DNA of 64,000 bases from positions 143,177,680 to 143,241,679 of the forward strand of contig NC_092370.1 in NCBI RefSeq assembly GCF_030028105.1, given 5' to 3'. The notes beneath the pieces were generated by a model, which did no database searches, was not told the origin of the DNA, and worked only from the letters and a program-made list of their open reading frames with translations. Both the position numbers and the translations under genes were made by a program. Positions 1 through 11,819 of this stretch are shown in pieces. Source of the DNA: Mobula birostris (taxonomy: Eukaryota). Every line of letters starts with the position of its first letter. The first letter of the stretch is position 1.

Positions 1-1216
1 AGCAGGGTTGGCAGATATAATGCTGCGAAAGAAATGTTTTGGGTAAAGTGCATTCATCATTAAGGTGCATAAAGCATAAGGATTTCCAGTGAGGATCTCT
101 TCAATTTTCCTAACCTCTGCAAAATTCTCTTCAGGCCAGAGAAGTTTAGCTTCGAGCAAAATCCCATTCAGAACTGTCAGATACACTTTAGCTTCAAGAG
201 AACGTTTTGCTTCATGCCTTTTCATAATCTTATGTAAATCTGGACAGGACTCCAACCCACAGGGCAAGCCACAAATAAACTTAGAACAAACATCTGGAAT
301 ATTTTGTCCTGCCGACTTGAGTTTTCCAGCAAAGTCACAAAGGCGAAGCAAGGAATGCTTCTTTAACAAGGTTTTAATTTCTTTCATTTCACATTGGTAA
401 AAACTGCCTTGCTTCTCATTAAGATCAGGGTCAAAAACTAGTTCAAAGAACCACACTCCCTCATACACTGGGATTCTGCAATATTTAACATTCTCTGGTA
501 AAATTCCAAAAAATGCATAGCAAGCTTTCACCATCTCTTTCTGAGCATTATTCTGTGGATTTTCAAGGGCTTTCATTAACTTCAACAACAACTCCAGACA
601 AGTTAATGATTGTTCAAAATACGACGAAACCATAGTGTCTTTCTGCATTAAATAAAATAGGCTTTCCATAGCTCCAGCACCATTATTTTCACGAACAAAC
701 AATGTAAGAGCCTTTTCAATCAGAGTAGTCTCCTCTCTCAGAAGCCCTTCCAGTAGCACAGCTTCTGCTATGTTAGAGGAATGCCTTTTTACAGATTTCA
801 AGAGGGTAGTTGCTTCATCCAGCATTTCTTGGACAGCTGATTTTTCTACTGTACTTCTTTCTTTATTCCTTTGTTTCAGAAGGCTCAATCGGGCTGTAGC
901 AATAAGACATTCGGCTTGAAATTCCTTCTTATTTGAAAGCTCTGCTGCTTCCTGGAGCCTCCCATGCTCCCGCATTAACATGGCAGCTTCCTCTGCTCGA
1001 CCGCGGCTTTTCAGCAGCTCAGCTGCTTGAGGCCAACACTTATTTGACTTTAAGAAAACTAGCTGGTCTTCAAGGTCCAGCAGAGACAAAGGCTCCATCA
1101 TTTCAGTGAGTTTGTTTTCCCTCAGATACTTTGCAGCAGCTTCTAACCGGAACTGATCCACAGAGTATGGAAGTTTAGTAAAAGGCTCTTTCTTTTCACG
1201 AAGTATTGCTTCATAC
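1..1216 (-). CDS. TRANK1: TRANK1 large C-terminal-region exon (RYEAILREKKEPFTKLPYSVDQFRLEAAAKYL...), runs off the left edge
   Basis: ctttacaattttAG|G TAT GAA GCA. The start and the last 60 nt (MMNALYPKHFFRSIISANPA) were translated and are in the same frame. Probably absent from the ORF track because no stop is reached in the window. Confidence 0.92.
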
Positions 1217-1529
1217 CTAAAATTGTAAAGAACACACATTAATACGCTTAACAGTTGCAAGACCATATAGGTTATTTATAATGAACACACTAAAAGGTTC
1301 TTTCTTGAATAAATGCTCACTTCCTCGGTGGACTGCGGATGCTCTTTGTACCAACCACAAAATGGATGCAGTCTCAATTACACCAATCGCAACTCTCAAA
1401 CTTGCAAATCCTACTGCCAGAAAAGGGCAGTGGGTACATGAGAACACAACTGTGCCCCTTTGTTTCTTTCTTCCATACGACACGAGCACATGAATCAGAA
1501 TCATATTGGCCCCAAGACTGTGGCTAATC

Positions 1530-2900
1530 TAATTAGAGCGGTAAAGAAGGGGTATAGCAAGCTGGCCTTTATTGGTTGAGACACTGAGTTCAAGAATCAG
1601 GAAGCGATGTTGCAGGTTTATAAAACCCCTGTCAGCTCACAGCTGGAAAGTAGCATTCAGTTTTGGTTGTCTCACTACAGGAAGAATGTGGAAGCTTTGG
1701 AGAGGGTGAAGAAGAGGCTTACCAGGATGATGCCTAGATTAGAGGGCATGTGTTGTAACAAGAGTTTGGACAAACTTGGACTGTTTTCTCTGGAGTGGTG
1801 GAGGCTGACAGGACAGCTGATAAATGTTTATAAAATTGTAAGAGGCATAGAGAGACAACAAATTTCTTTTTCTTTTTAGATAAAGTCTATGCATGTTTGT
1901 GAAAGATAACATCACGCTTCGCAAACTTAATGGAATATTTTGAAGATACAGAACAGGTAAAAGGATAGTCAGTGAACTTTCAAGAATCTTTCAATAAGGT
2001 CCCACAAAATAGAACAGCATGCAAAATTAAAATACTTGGGATTGGGGTTAAGATGCTAAAACAACTGAATTGCTTGGTCTTTTTCTGCATGGCAGGCAGC
2101 AACAAATTGGGTACCACTGGGATCAGTGTTATTCCTAAATATTACTAATTCAGATGAGACTATTAAGTGTGATATCTCAAAGTTTATGGATGATATAAAG
2201 CTTGAAGTGAATGTAACGCTTAAGGTGGATGCAGAGAAACTCTAGGTTGATGCAGTCAGGATGAAGGATTGGGTAGTTACATGGTAGATGTGGAATAATG
2301 ATAACTGTCAGGTTACGCATTTGGTAGCAATTTAAGGCAGACTATTATCTGAACAACAATAGAGTAGGAAAGGTGAAAGTGAATAGACACCTGAATGCAC
2401 CTCTGTATCAATAGCTAAGGATGTGTGCACAGCAGGCGGTTAAAAGTGCAAACTGTATACTGGACTTCATAATAAGAGAACTCGTATGTAGGAGCAGAGA
2501 TGTCATATTGCAGTTGTACAGGGTTCGGTGAGACCACACCTTGAGTACTGCATGCAAATGTGGTCTTCTTATCTGACAGTCTTGCTACATAAGACTATTC
2601 AGTGCAGAAAGATCTTGGGAATGACAGCAGCAATGCAAGGACATTAATTGACTCATTGTGGTTTATTTTTATTAGAATGCAATAGATTGAGGGGGGACAC
2701 TCAGAAATCCACAAAAGCCAAACAGAACAGCCCAGGTTAGAGACTGGAAGGATATTGGCAAGGCCAGGGTGTCTAGCCCTGAAATAAATGGTCTAAGGAC
2801 AAGGGGCAAGCCAATAAAAGCAGCAATAAAGAGAAAATTCTTCTCACAGATAGTGCCAAACCTATGAAACTCCACCACAGAAAGCTGAATCACAAAACCT
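1530..2900 (+). mobile_element. Old CR1 LINE RT fragments
   Basis: Degenerate LQVYK..QFWLSHYRK..LERV and other CR1 ORF2-like text; many stops. Confidence 0.75.
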
Positions 2901-3198
2901 GGAACAATACAGTACAGATTTGGCTCGTGATACCATGCCGATCTTAAGGTCAGAGAGCAATACAGTATGGATAATGGCCCCTTGGTCAATGAGTCCACGC
3001 CTACCACATTGTCCAGCTTGGTTGCTCCAATTACTTGTATTTGACCCATAACCTCAACCACGCCCCTCCTTCTGGAACTTCACCAGTAGCTAATAATGAA
3101 GCAAGTATCTCCCCAAGGGCCTCTGCAATTTCTTCTCTAGCCTCCAACAAAAACAGAGGATGTAGTTGACCAGTTTCTGGAGATTTATCCACCTTCAT

Positions 3199-3975
3199 AG
3201 AAACATAGAAACTAGGTGCAGGAGTAGGCCATTCGGCCCTTTGAGCCTGCACACCATTCAGTATGATCATGGCTGATCATCCAACTCAGAACCCTGTACC
3301 AGCCTTCCCTCCATACCCCCTGATCCCTTTAGCCACAAGGGCCATATCTAACTCCCTCTTAAATATAGCCAATGAACTGGCCTCAATTGTTTCCTGTGGC
3401 AGAGAATTCCACAGATTCACCACTCTCTGTGTGAAGAAGTTTTTCCTAATCTCGGTCCTAAAAGGCTTCCCCTTTATCCTCAAACTGCGACCCCTCGTTC
3501 TGGACTTCCCCAACATCGGGAACAATCTTCCTGCATCTAGCCTGTCCAATCCCTTTAGGATTTTATACGTTTCAATAAGATCCCCCCTCAATCTTCTAAA
3601 TTCCAATGAGTATAAGCCTAGTCGATCCAGTCTTTCCTCATATGAAAGTCCTGCCATCCCAGGAATCAATCTGGTGAACCTTCTTTGTACTCCCTCTATG
3701 GCAAGAATGTCTTTCCTCAGATTAGGGGACCAAAACTGCACACAATACTCCAGGTGTGGTCTCACCAAGGCCTTGTACAACTGCAGTAGTACCTCCCTGC
3801 TCCTGTACTCGAATCCTCTTGCTATAAATGCCAGCATACCATTCACCTTTTTCACCGCCTGCTGTACCTGCATGCCCACTTTCAATGACTGGTGTATAAT
3901 GACACCCAGGTCTCGTTGCACCTCCCCTTTTCCTAATTGGCCACCATTCAGATAATAATCTGTTTTCCTGTTCAT
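3199..3975 (-). mobile_element. Young 5'-truncated CR1 (ORF2 C-terminus, 3'UTR, (TTCTATGT)n tail) nested in an older CR1
   Basis: ORF 3286-4095 has LVRPHLEYCVQFWSP. TTCAT at 3194-3198 and 3971-3975. Removing the insert rejoins AVLQSM-KVDKSP of the host CR1 (about 3030-4500). Confidence 0.9.
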
Positions 3976-4990
3976 GCTCTGTAAGACTGCAAATGCCTCT
4001 TCTTTGGTAACATGAATATGCTCCAAAACATTACACTTGCTTCCATTAATGCATGCATTACTAAATGACAATAAAGGAGGACTGCGTGTCTTCATAATCT
4101 AATCTAATTATCCCTCGAGCATATTAGTAAACACCAAAGAGAAACTCATTAAAAACCCCAGTCATCTCCTGTGCCTCAGGACAAAGCTGATTTGCCAAGG
4201 GAACCAACTCTCTCCAATGTCCCTCCAATCAAATAATTTTACCTAATCAACCTCTGCTAGGATCCTGTCTAATTCCCCCAAAGTAAGCCATGCGGACCTG
4301 TACTATCCTTTTTCATCAGTATCTTAACTAATAGAATTACGGTTGCCAAATTGTTCCTTGACGATCACTTTAGTTACTTGCCCTGCCTCATTCCCCAACA
4401 GGAGACCCCAATATTGTACGCTCCTAAGTTTGTCCCTACATAAATATTGACTCAGGAAAAGTTCCTGGACACATTTACAAATTTCATCTTAGGCAGGCCC
4501 TTAACAGTCTTTGTGTGGCCCAGTCAATATCAGAGAAGTTAAAATCTTCCATGAGTGCAAGTTTATATTAAAAATCTTCCTCCAGTATTTCAAACATGCA
4601 CCCTCTTCTCCCATTTTCTTCATATTCATGCATCTCCTTAAAAGCCTCTTAAACCCTGAGAAATTGCCTGCTTTCATTACTACCAATGGTAACCCATTCC
4701 TCAGTTACCATTCCATTCTCTGCGTAAAAAAATTGTCTCTCACATCACCTTTCAACTTCTTTCCCTCTAACGTTAAAAGCATACCCTCTGGTTTTTGAAA
4801 TAACTACCTAGAGAAAAAATCCTGCCTTCCCCTCTATCCTCTTATAATTTTAGAAACCTTTATCAGGTCATCCTTCAACCTCCAATGTTCTAGAGGAAAA
4901 TCTTAAATTTACTCAACCTGTCCATATGGCTCATAACCTCTAATGCAGGCAGCATCATGGTACACCTATTCTGCACTCTCCACATCCATC

Positions 4991-5672
4991 TGTTACCTGT
5001 CCCGTGAGTATCTTGTGAATATGATGTAATTGTCTTGTGATGTGATGTCACGTGTTAACTGGTATATAAGGGGAGACTGCATTTTTTGCGTAGTTCATTT
5101 TGGTAGGAACTTATCGGTGGTAGTTACGCCATCGGAGAAGAGAGAGTGAGAGTGAAGAATCCGAACGAATCCCAGAGGGATTGGGGTTAACCAGCGGCAT
5201 TCGGCGCATTACGGGTGTGACTGGCATTTGGAACCGTCCGTAAGTGGCACACACTTTTTGTTAACCCTTACACGGTTTGGGTTGTGCGATGACCACTTCC
5301 GTCAGAAAGAACAGTTGCTTTGAGAACTTGTACTCCATGTCATAACTTCGAAAAGGGTATTTCTCAGCTGGAGCTGGCGTCTGCAGTTTCCACTTTTCTT
5401 CATCGCAAGGTTCGGGAAGTCTCTCCTCTCAGTTATTTCATAAATCATATGGACTTATTAAACTACCACCTTAAGACTGTGCTTAAATGAGATCTGTTGA
5501 GAATTTTCTTTTAAGTTCGATCGTTTGATAACTATAGAAGTATAATGCTGTTAACATCCATTGAAGTTAATCGTTCATTTACTGTTCCATGTTAATTTGA
5601 GTAGAGGTTAAATGTCGTTTATTTTATAAGAACTCGACTCAAATTCATCTCTATTGCTGCTGATTCATAACA
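4991..5672 (+). mobile_element. Solo LTR, 682 bp, probably Gypsy-type
   Basis: Termini TGTTA...TAACA; flanks CATC/CAGC (4-bp TSD, 1 mismatch); TATATAA at 5063-5069; interrupts a minus-strand CR1 that resumes after it. Confidence 0.75.
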
Positions 5673-7296
5673 CAGCCTATACTGGAACAACCAGAACTGC
5701 ATTAGATTCTCTAAGTGTGGTCTGACTGTATTTTATATAACTGCAGCATGACTTCCTTACTCTTCTACTCAACATTCCTACCAACAAATGCAAGCATGTC
5801 ATACGTCTTCTTTACTTCCTTATTCAGTGAACTTCGGGACCTGGACCCCAATGCTGATAAGTGGCCTACCATTAACTGCAACACACGCAAAATGCTAGAA
5901 GAACTCAGCAGGCCAGGCAGCATCTATGCAAGAGCACAGTCAATGTTTTGGATTTTCGAGTACAGTCAGATTTTCTCTTGTTTGTGAATGGACTACCATT
6001 AACTGTATACTTTCTTCTTTGATTTGATCTTCCAAGGTGCAGAACCTCACACCTGTCTGGATGAAACTCCTCCTGCATCTGTAACTGATCTATATCCTGC
6101 TGTATTCTATGACAGTTCTTTATGCTGTCCACAACTCCACCAATCTTGGTGTCATCAGCAAACTTGATAATTCACCCAACTATATTTACACCCAGATCGT
6201 TGATCTATATCACAAACAACAGAGTCCCAGCGCTGATCCTTATGAAAAACCACTGGTCATGGCCCTCCAACCCAAATACCAGCTTTCCGACCCTATTCTC
6301 CATCTTCATCCGGCAAGCCAGTTCTGAATCCAAACTTGCAATTCATCCTGAAATCCATGCATCTTTATCCACTGAATCAACCCTGGAGGGCCTTACTTAA
6401 AGTCCATGTTGATAATGTCCACTGCCTTAGTGTCATCATGCACCTTTGTCACCCCTCAATAAACTCAATCAGGTTTGCTAGCCACAATCTGCCCCACATA
6501 AAATCATGCTTACTGTCCCTAAACAGGGCATACATTTGCAAATGTGCATAAATCCTATCCATCTACACCCTCATCACAGCTTCCCTACCACTGATCTGGG
6601 GCTCACTGGCTTGTATTGTATTGTATTGTAATCCATTATGAGTAATATTATTGCGGCTACTTCAGTAGGCAACATCATTTCAGGGCTTTTAAAAACATCT
6701 ATCCATACTCAAAAATCGGTAGACACGCGTTGTGAATGCAGTCACCTTTTAAGAAAACGGAAGGAGAGAGGTGCACCAGTATACTGGTACAAATAAAATG
6801 TAGAGGCTTTAGACATTCCACCCCCCCCCCCCCACTCACTCCCACTCCCGGCTATCCTGCGGGAAAATATATGGTCACTGGAAAATAAAATTAAAGACCT
6901 TAGAGCAATGCAGTACCAGAGGTTAGAGCAAGATTGCAGTACCAGAGGGACATCAGGGACTGATGCTTCACTTTGCTTCATGGAAACATGGCTAACCTTC
7001 ACCATTTCAGATGCAGTGCTTCACCATTCTTCACAAAGGCAGGGCACTTATTAGGCCACACACTTTGGAAAGTCCAATCACCTCACGTACTTCTACTTCT
7101 GGCTTATAAGCAGAGACTAAAGACTGCAGCTCCAGTGCTGAGGACCAAGAACATATGGTCAAAGGAGGTGGATGAGCTCTTACAGTACTGATTTGAGTGG
7201 GTGTACTGGACAATAGTCAAGAGATTCATCTTCTAATATGAATGAATATGCCACTGTTGTCACATACTTCATCAAGAGCTACATAGATAAGTATGA

Positions 7297-7444
7297 TAAG
7301 TTCCCTTCCCTCTACAGTCCTGATGAAGGGTTCCGGCCTGAAACGTCAACTCATTGTTTCCACCGATGCTGCCTGACCTGCTGAGTTCCTCCAGCGTGTT
7401 GTGAGTGTTGCTTTGACCCCAGCATCTGCAGTTTATTTTGTACT
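7297..7444 (+). mobile_element. Penelope-like (PLE)-derived short repeat
   Basis: ...CTGATGAAGGG...GAAACGTC...GATGCTGCCTGACCTGCTGAGTTCCTCCAGC...CCAGCATCTGCAG; flanked by a 13-bp duplication TAGATAAGTATGA (7284-7296, 7445-7457). Related degenerate copies near 5880, 11560, 27430, 43770 and 48910. Confidence 0.75.
7316..7351 (+). ncRNA. Minimal type I hammerhead ribozyme motif (PLE-type), stem I partly decayed
   Basis: AGTC-CTGATGA-AGG(gttccgg)CCT-GAAA-CGT-C-AACT: core CUGAUGA and GAAA, stem II, palindromic ACGU stem III, predicted cleavage after C7347. Confidence 0.65.
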
Positions 7445-9711
7445 TAGATAAGTATGAGCCTTCGAGAACATACCAGACATATCCAAACTAAAATCTGTGG
7501 ATGAACCAGAAGATTCATAGTCTGCTGAGTGCTAGATCTGTAGCATTCCAGACCGGTGATCCAGAACTCTCCAAGATGTATAGATACAACATACAGAAGG
7601 TTACTTTAAGAGTGAAAACACAATCCTGATTGAAATTAGAGATGGAATCACATGCACATTCCCTTTGGCAGGGTTTGCAGGCCATTACTTCCTACAAAGT
7701 GAAACCCAAGATCAAAAATGGCTACAACACTTCACTCCCAGGTGAGCTCAAAGTCTTTTATACATGCTTTGAAAGGGAGAATAAAACTACACATGTGCAA
7801 ATCCCTGCAGCATCTGGTAACCCAGTAATCTCTGTCTCAAAGGCTGCTGCCAGAATATCTTTCAAGAGCGTGAACCCTCTCCAGGCGTCAGGCCCTAATG
7901 GTGTACCTGGTAGGGCACTGAAGACCTGTGCAAACCAACTAGCAGGTGTGCTGAAGGACATCTTTGAATCTCTCACTCCTGCAGTCAGAGGCTCCCATCC
8001 ACTTCAAAAGGGCAACAATAAGACCAGTGCCCAAGCAGAGCAGGGTGAGCTGCCTGTAAGATGGCGACGTGCTCGGATGCCAACCAAATGTGTTTTTGTT
8101 TCTCATAAATGTCTTTTTTACGTTCAGACAGTATAAGCCACTTGTAGGAAGTGTGGTGAAGATGACATTGAACACAATTGCATTCATTGCTGCAGGTGCT
8201 GATTTTTTTATTACAGCTGCACAGGTAACTAGTGAGACCACAATTACAAAATTTAAAGACATATAGACATGACCACTATGAGATAGACTCCATCTTCAAT
8301 ATCATAATCCCAACCAAACTCCAAAACCCAGGACTCCCTCCGCAACTGGATCCTTGGTTTCCTGAGCAACAGACCACAATCAGTAGAGGTATCTTTTCCA
8401 TGATTAGCCTTAGCACCAGTGTTCCGTAAGGCTACGTCTTCAGCCCCTTACGATATTTCCTATTTACTCATGACTGTGTTGCCAAATTCTTGTGCAACTT
8501 CATTTATAAGCTTGTGGATGATACCACTGTAGTGGACTGGATCTCTAACAACAAGACAGACTGCAGGACTGGGACATGACGTCAAGACAGCAACCTTTCC
8601 CTCAACTGTGAAGGAGCCGGTCATTGACTTCAGCAAGTGGGGTGAAGTACATGGCCCTGGCTGTATCAATTGTGCCGTGGAGATGGTTGAGAACTTCAAG
8701 ATGTACGCAAGTACAACCAACAATTTGTCCTGGTTCAGCCACATGAAGGTTGTGGCCAAGAAAGCCTATACTTCATCAGAAGGCTATGGAAATTTGATAT
8801 GGCAGTGATAACTTTGACCAATTTCTGCACCATAGAAAGCATCCCATCCAGATGCATCACAGCTTGCGCTGCCCAAGACAATGAGAAACTGCAAAAAGTG
8901 ATGAATACAGCCCAGTCAATTCTGCAAGCCTTCTTCCCTTCTATGACTCTATCTTACTTCCCACTGCCTTGGGAAAGCAGCTGAGATAATTAAGCATCCT
9001 TCCCATCCCAGTCACCCTCTTTTTTCCCTCACCTGTCTGGGAGAAGATACAAAAGCCTGAGAGTACAAACCACCAGACTCAAAGGCAGTTTTATCTCAAT
9101 GTTATTAGACTCTTGGATGGACCTCTCATACATTAAAAGATAAACTCTTGAAGCCTTAATCACCCATTCTGTGTTGTCATAGCCCTTGCACTCTTATTCG
9201 TCAACCTGAACTACAACTTCTTCATAGCACTATATGTGAATTCTGTTTTCTTTTGACTACCTTTATATCATGACGGGTGGCATGCAAAACAAGGTTTACA
9301 CTGTATCTGAGTGCATGTGGCAAAAACAAATTAATATAAATACCAATAGCAAATAAAGGCAAATGGGATTAGCTCAGATAGACAGCTTGGTTGACATGGA
9401 CCAGTTGAGCTGAAAGGCCTGCCTCCTTGTTGTATAAACTCTATGATAAGCCAGCTGTGCTTCAGTTACAAGGTAGTCTGTTTATTTCAACTGAAAACAG
9501 TTCTAAGGGATGGATCTACCTAAAGAATGTATAATATATGTGAGTAACTGTTCAATCAAGTCACAACACACACTGGAATAAATAGCATGCAAAGAACTAT
9601 AAAACAAGAAAGAAAGAACATTTATAACAGGTGGTATAAAGTACGGTTCCCACGGCAAAGCTTTCAAACGTCTACCACAATAAATACAGACTGTAAATGT
9701 CTGAACATTAC

Positions 9712-9857
9712 CTCAACACAGCCTGTACAGCTTCTTCATACAATTCACCACAACAGAGCATTTTGAGAGCCATTTCAAACTGGCACAGTTGTTCAAAACA
9801 CCTTGCAGATTGTCTGTAGCACTGAGCTCTTCTGTACATGGTAGCTGCTTCTCCCAC
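9712..9857 (-). CDS. TRANK1: TRANK1 exon, 146 bp, TPR-like (VGEAATMYRRAQCYRQSARCFEQL...)
   Basis: ttctttttcAG|GTG GGA GAA ... TTG AG|GTaatg; phase 0 to 2; lies within ORF 9708-9944. Confidence 0.93.
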
Positions 9858-9879
9858 CTGAAAAAGAAACAGGAAAATA

Positions 9880-11414
9880 ACATAGAAAACATAGAAAATA
9901 GGTGCAGGAGTAGGCCATTTGGCCCCTCGAGCCTGCACCACCATTTATTATGATCATGGCTGATCATTCAACTCAGAACCCTGCACCAGCCTTCCCTCCA
10001 TATCCCCTGATCCCCCCAGCCACAAGGGCCATATCTAACTCCCTCTTAAATATAGCCAATGAACTGGCCTCAACTGTTTCCTGTGGCAGAGAATTCCACA
10101 GATTCACCACTCTCTGTGTGAAGAAGTTTTTCCTAATCTCAGTCCTAAAAGGCTTCCCCTCTATCCTCAAACTGTGACCCCTCGTTCTGGACTTCCCCAA
10201 CATCGGGAACAATCTTCCTGCATCTAGCCTGTCCAATCCCTTTAGGATTTTATACATTTCAATCAGATCCCCCCTCAATCTTCTAAATTCCAATGAGTAC
10301 AAGCCTAGTTCATCCAGTCTTTCTTCATATGAAAGTCCTGCCATCCCAGGAATCAATCTGGTGAACCTTCCTTGTACTCCCTCTATGGCAAGGATGTCTT
10401 TCCTCAGATTAGGGAACCAAAACTGCACACAATACTCCAGGTGTGGTCTCACCAAGGCTTTGTACAACTGCAGTAGTACCTCCCTGCTCCTGTACGCGAA
10501 TCCTCTTGCTATAAATGCCAGCATACCATTCGCCTTTTTCACCGCCTGCTGTACCTGCATGCCCACTTTCAATGGTGTATAATGACACCCAGGTCTCGTT
10601 GCACCTCCCCTTTTCCTAATCGGCCACCATTCAGATAATAATCTGTTTTCCTATTTTTGCCACCAAAGTGGATAACTTCACATTTATCCACATTAAATTG
10701 CATTTGCCATGAATTTGCCCACTCACTCAACCTATCCAGGTCACCCTGCATCCTCTTAGCATCCTCCTCACAGCTAACACTGCCACCTAGCTTCGTGTCA
10801 TCCGCAAACTTGGAGATACTGCATTTAATTCCCTCATCCAAGTCATTAATATATATTGTAAACAACTGGGGTCCCAGCACTGACCCTTGCGGTACCCCAC
10901 TGGTCACCGCCTGCCATTCTGAAAAGGTCCCGTTTATTCCCACTCTTTGCTTCCTGTCTGCTAACCAATTCTCCACCCACACCAATACCTTACCCCCAAT
11001 ACCGTATGCTTTAAGTTTGCACACTAATCTCTTGTGTGGGACCTTGTCAAAAGCCTTTTGAAAATCCAAATATACCACATCCACTGGTTCTCCCCTATCC
11101 ACTCTACTAGTTACATCCTCAAAAAAATTCTATGAAATTCGTCAGACATGATTTTCCTTTCACAAATCCATGCTGACTTTGTCCGATGATTTCACCGCTT
11201 TCCAAATGTGCTGTTATCACATCCTTGATAACTGACTCCAGCAGTTTCCCCAACACCGACGTTAGGCTAACCGGTCTATAATTCCCCGGTTTCTCTCTCC
11301 CTCCTTTTTTAAAAAGTGGGGTTACATTAGCCACCCTCCAATCCTCAGGAACTAGTCCAGAATCTAACGAGTTTTGAAAAATTATCACTAATGCATCCAC
11401 TATTTCTTGGACAT
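9880..11414 (-). mobile_element. Young 5'-truncated CR1 LINE, RT domain with few frameshifts
   Basis: ORFs 11119-11400, 10569-11102 (YLDFQKAFDKV, GVPQGSVLGP, FADD) and 9973-10572; (TTCTATGT)n tail; ACAT at both junctions. Confidence 0.93.
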
Positions 11415-11819
11415 TAAATTGTAATAATAAATTGTTGCTGCTGCTTTTAGTTTCAATTTAACAAGGATAGTGCTGTTAGTCAGGCCAGCATATGCTGCCT
11501 ATTCTCAAGATATCTTGAGGCGGCGTACATTTGTAATTAGCTGAAATCAATGTTGGCTCCAGATGAAGAGTCTTGGTTTGCAATATCAGCAGTCGATTTC
11601 CCTCCATAAATGCTGCCTGACCTGCTGTACCTCCAAAGTTCGTGTGCTGCTCACATTCTAACATCTGCAGTCTCGTGTTTCAATGTAGTGAAAATCTTGC
11701 AAAACATTGTATGAAAAACACTTCCAGGAATCTTTTCAGCAACAATGATGTATAAAGATGAGGAGGCAAAGAGAGGGTGTAAAATACTACTGGATGACAA
11801 GATTGAGGAAAATGCAAAG

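Larger units (their letters stand above)
6740..9330 (+). mobile_element. Rex1/Babar LINE fragments with nested inserts
   Basis: GPNGVPGRALKTCANQLAGVLKDIF, WSKEV and VENFK motifs of Rex1-type ORF2; boundaries approximate. Confidence 0.75.

Noticed and set aside
3263-3955. Long + strand ORFs opposite CR1s (also 10657-11061 and 19949-20584)
   Set aside because: Antisense shadow frames of CR1 ORF2.
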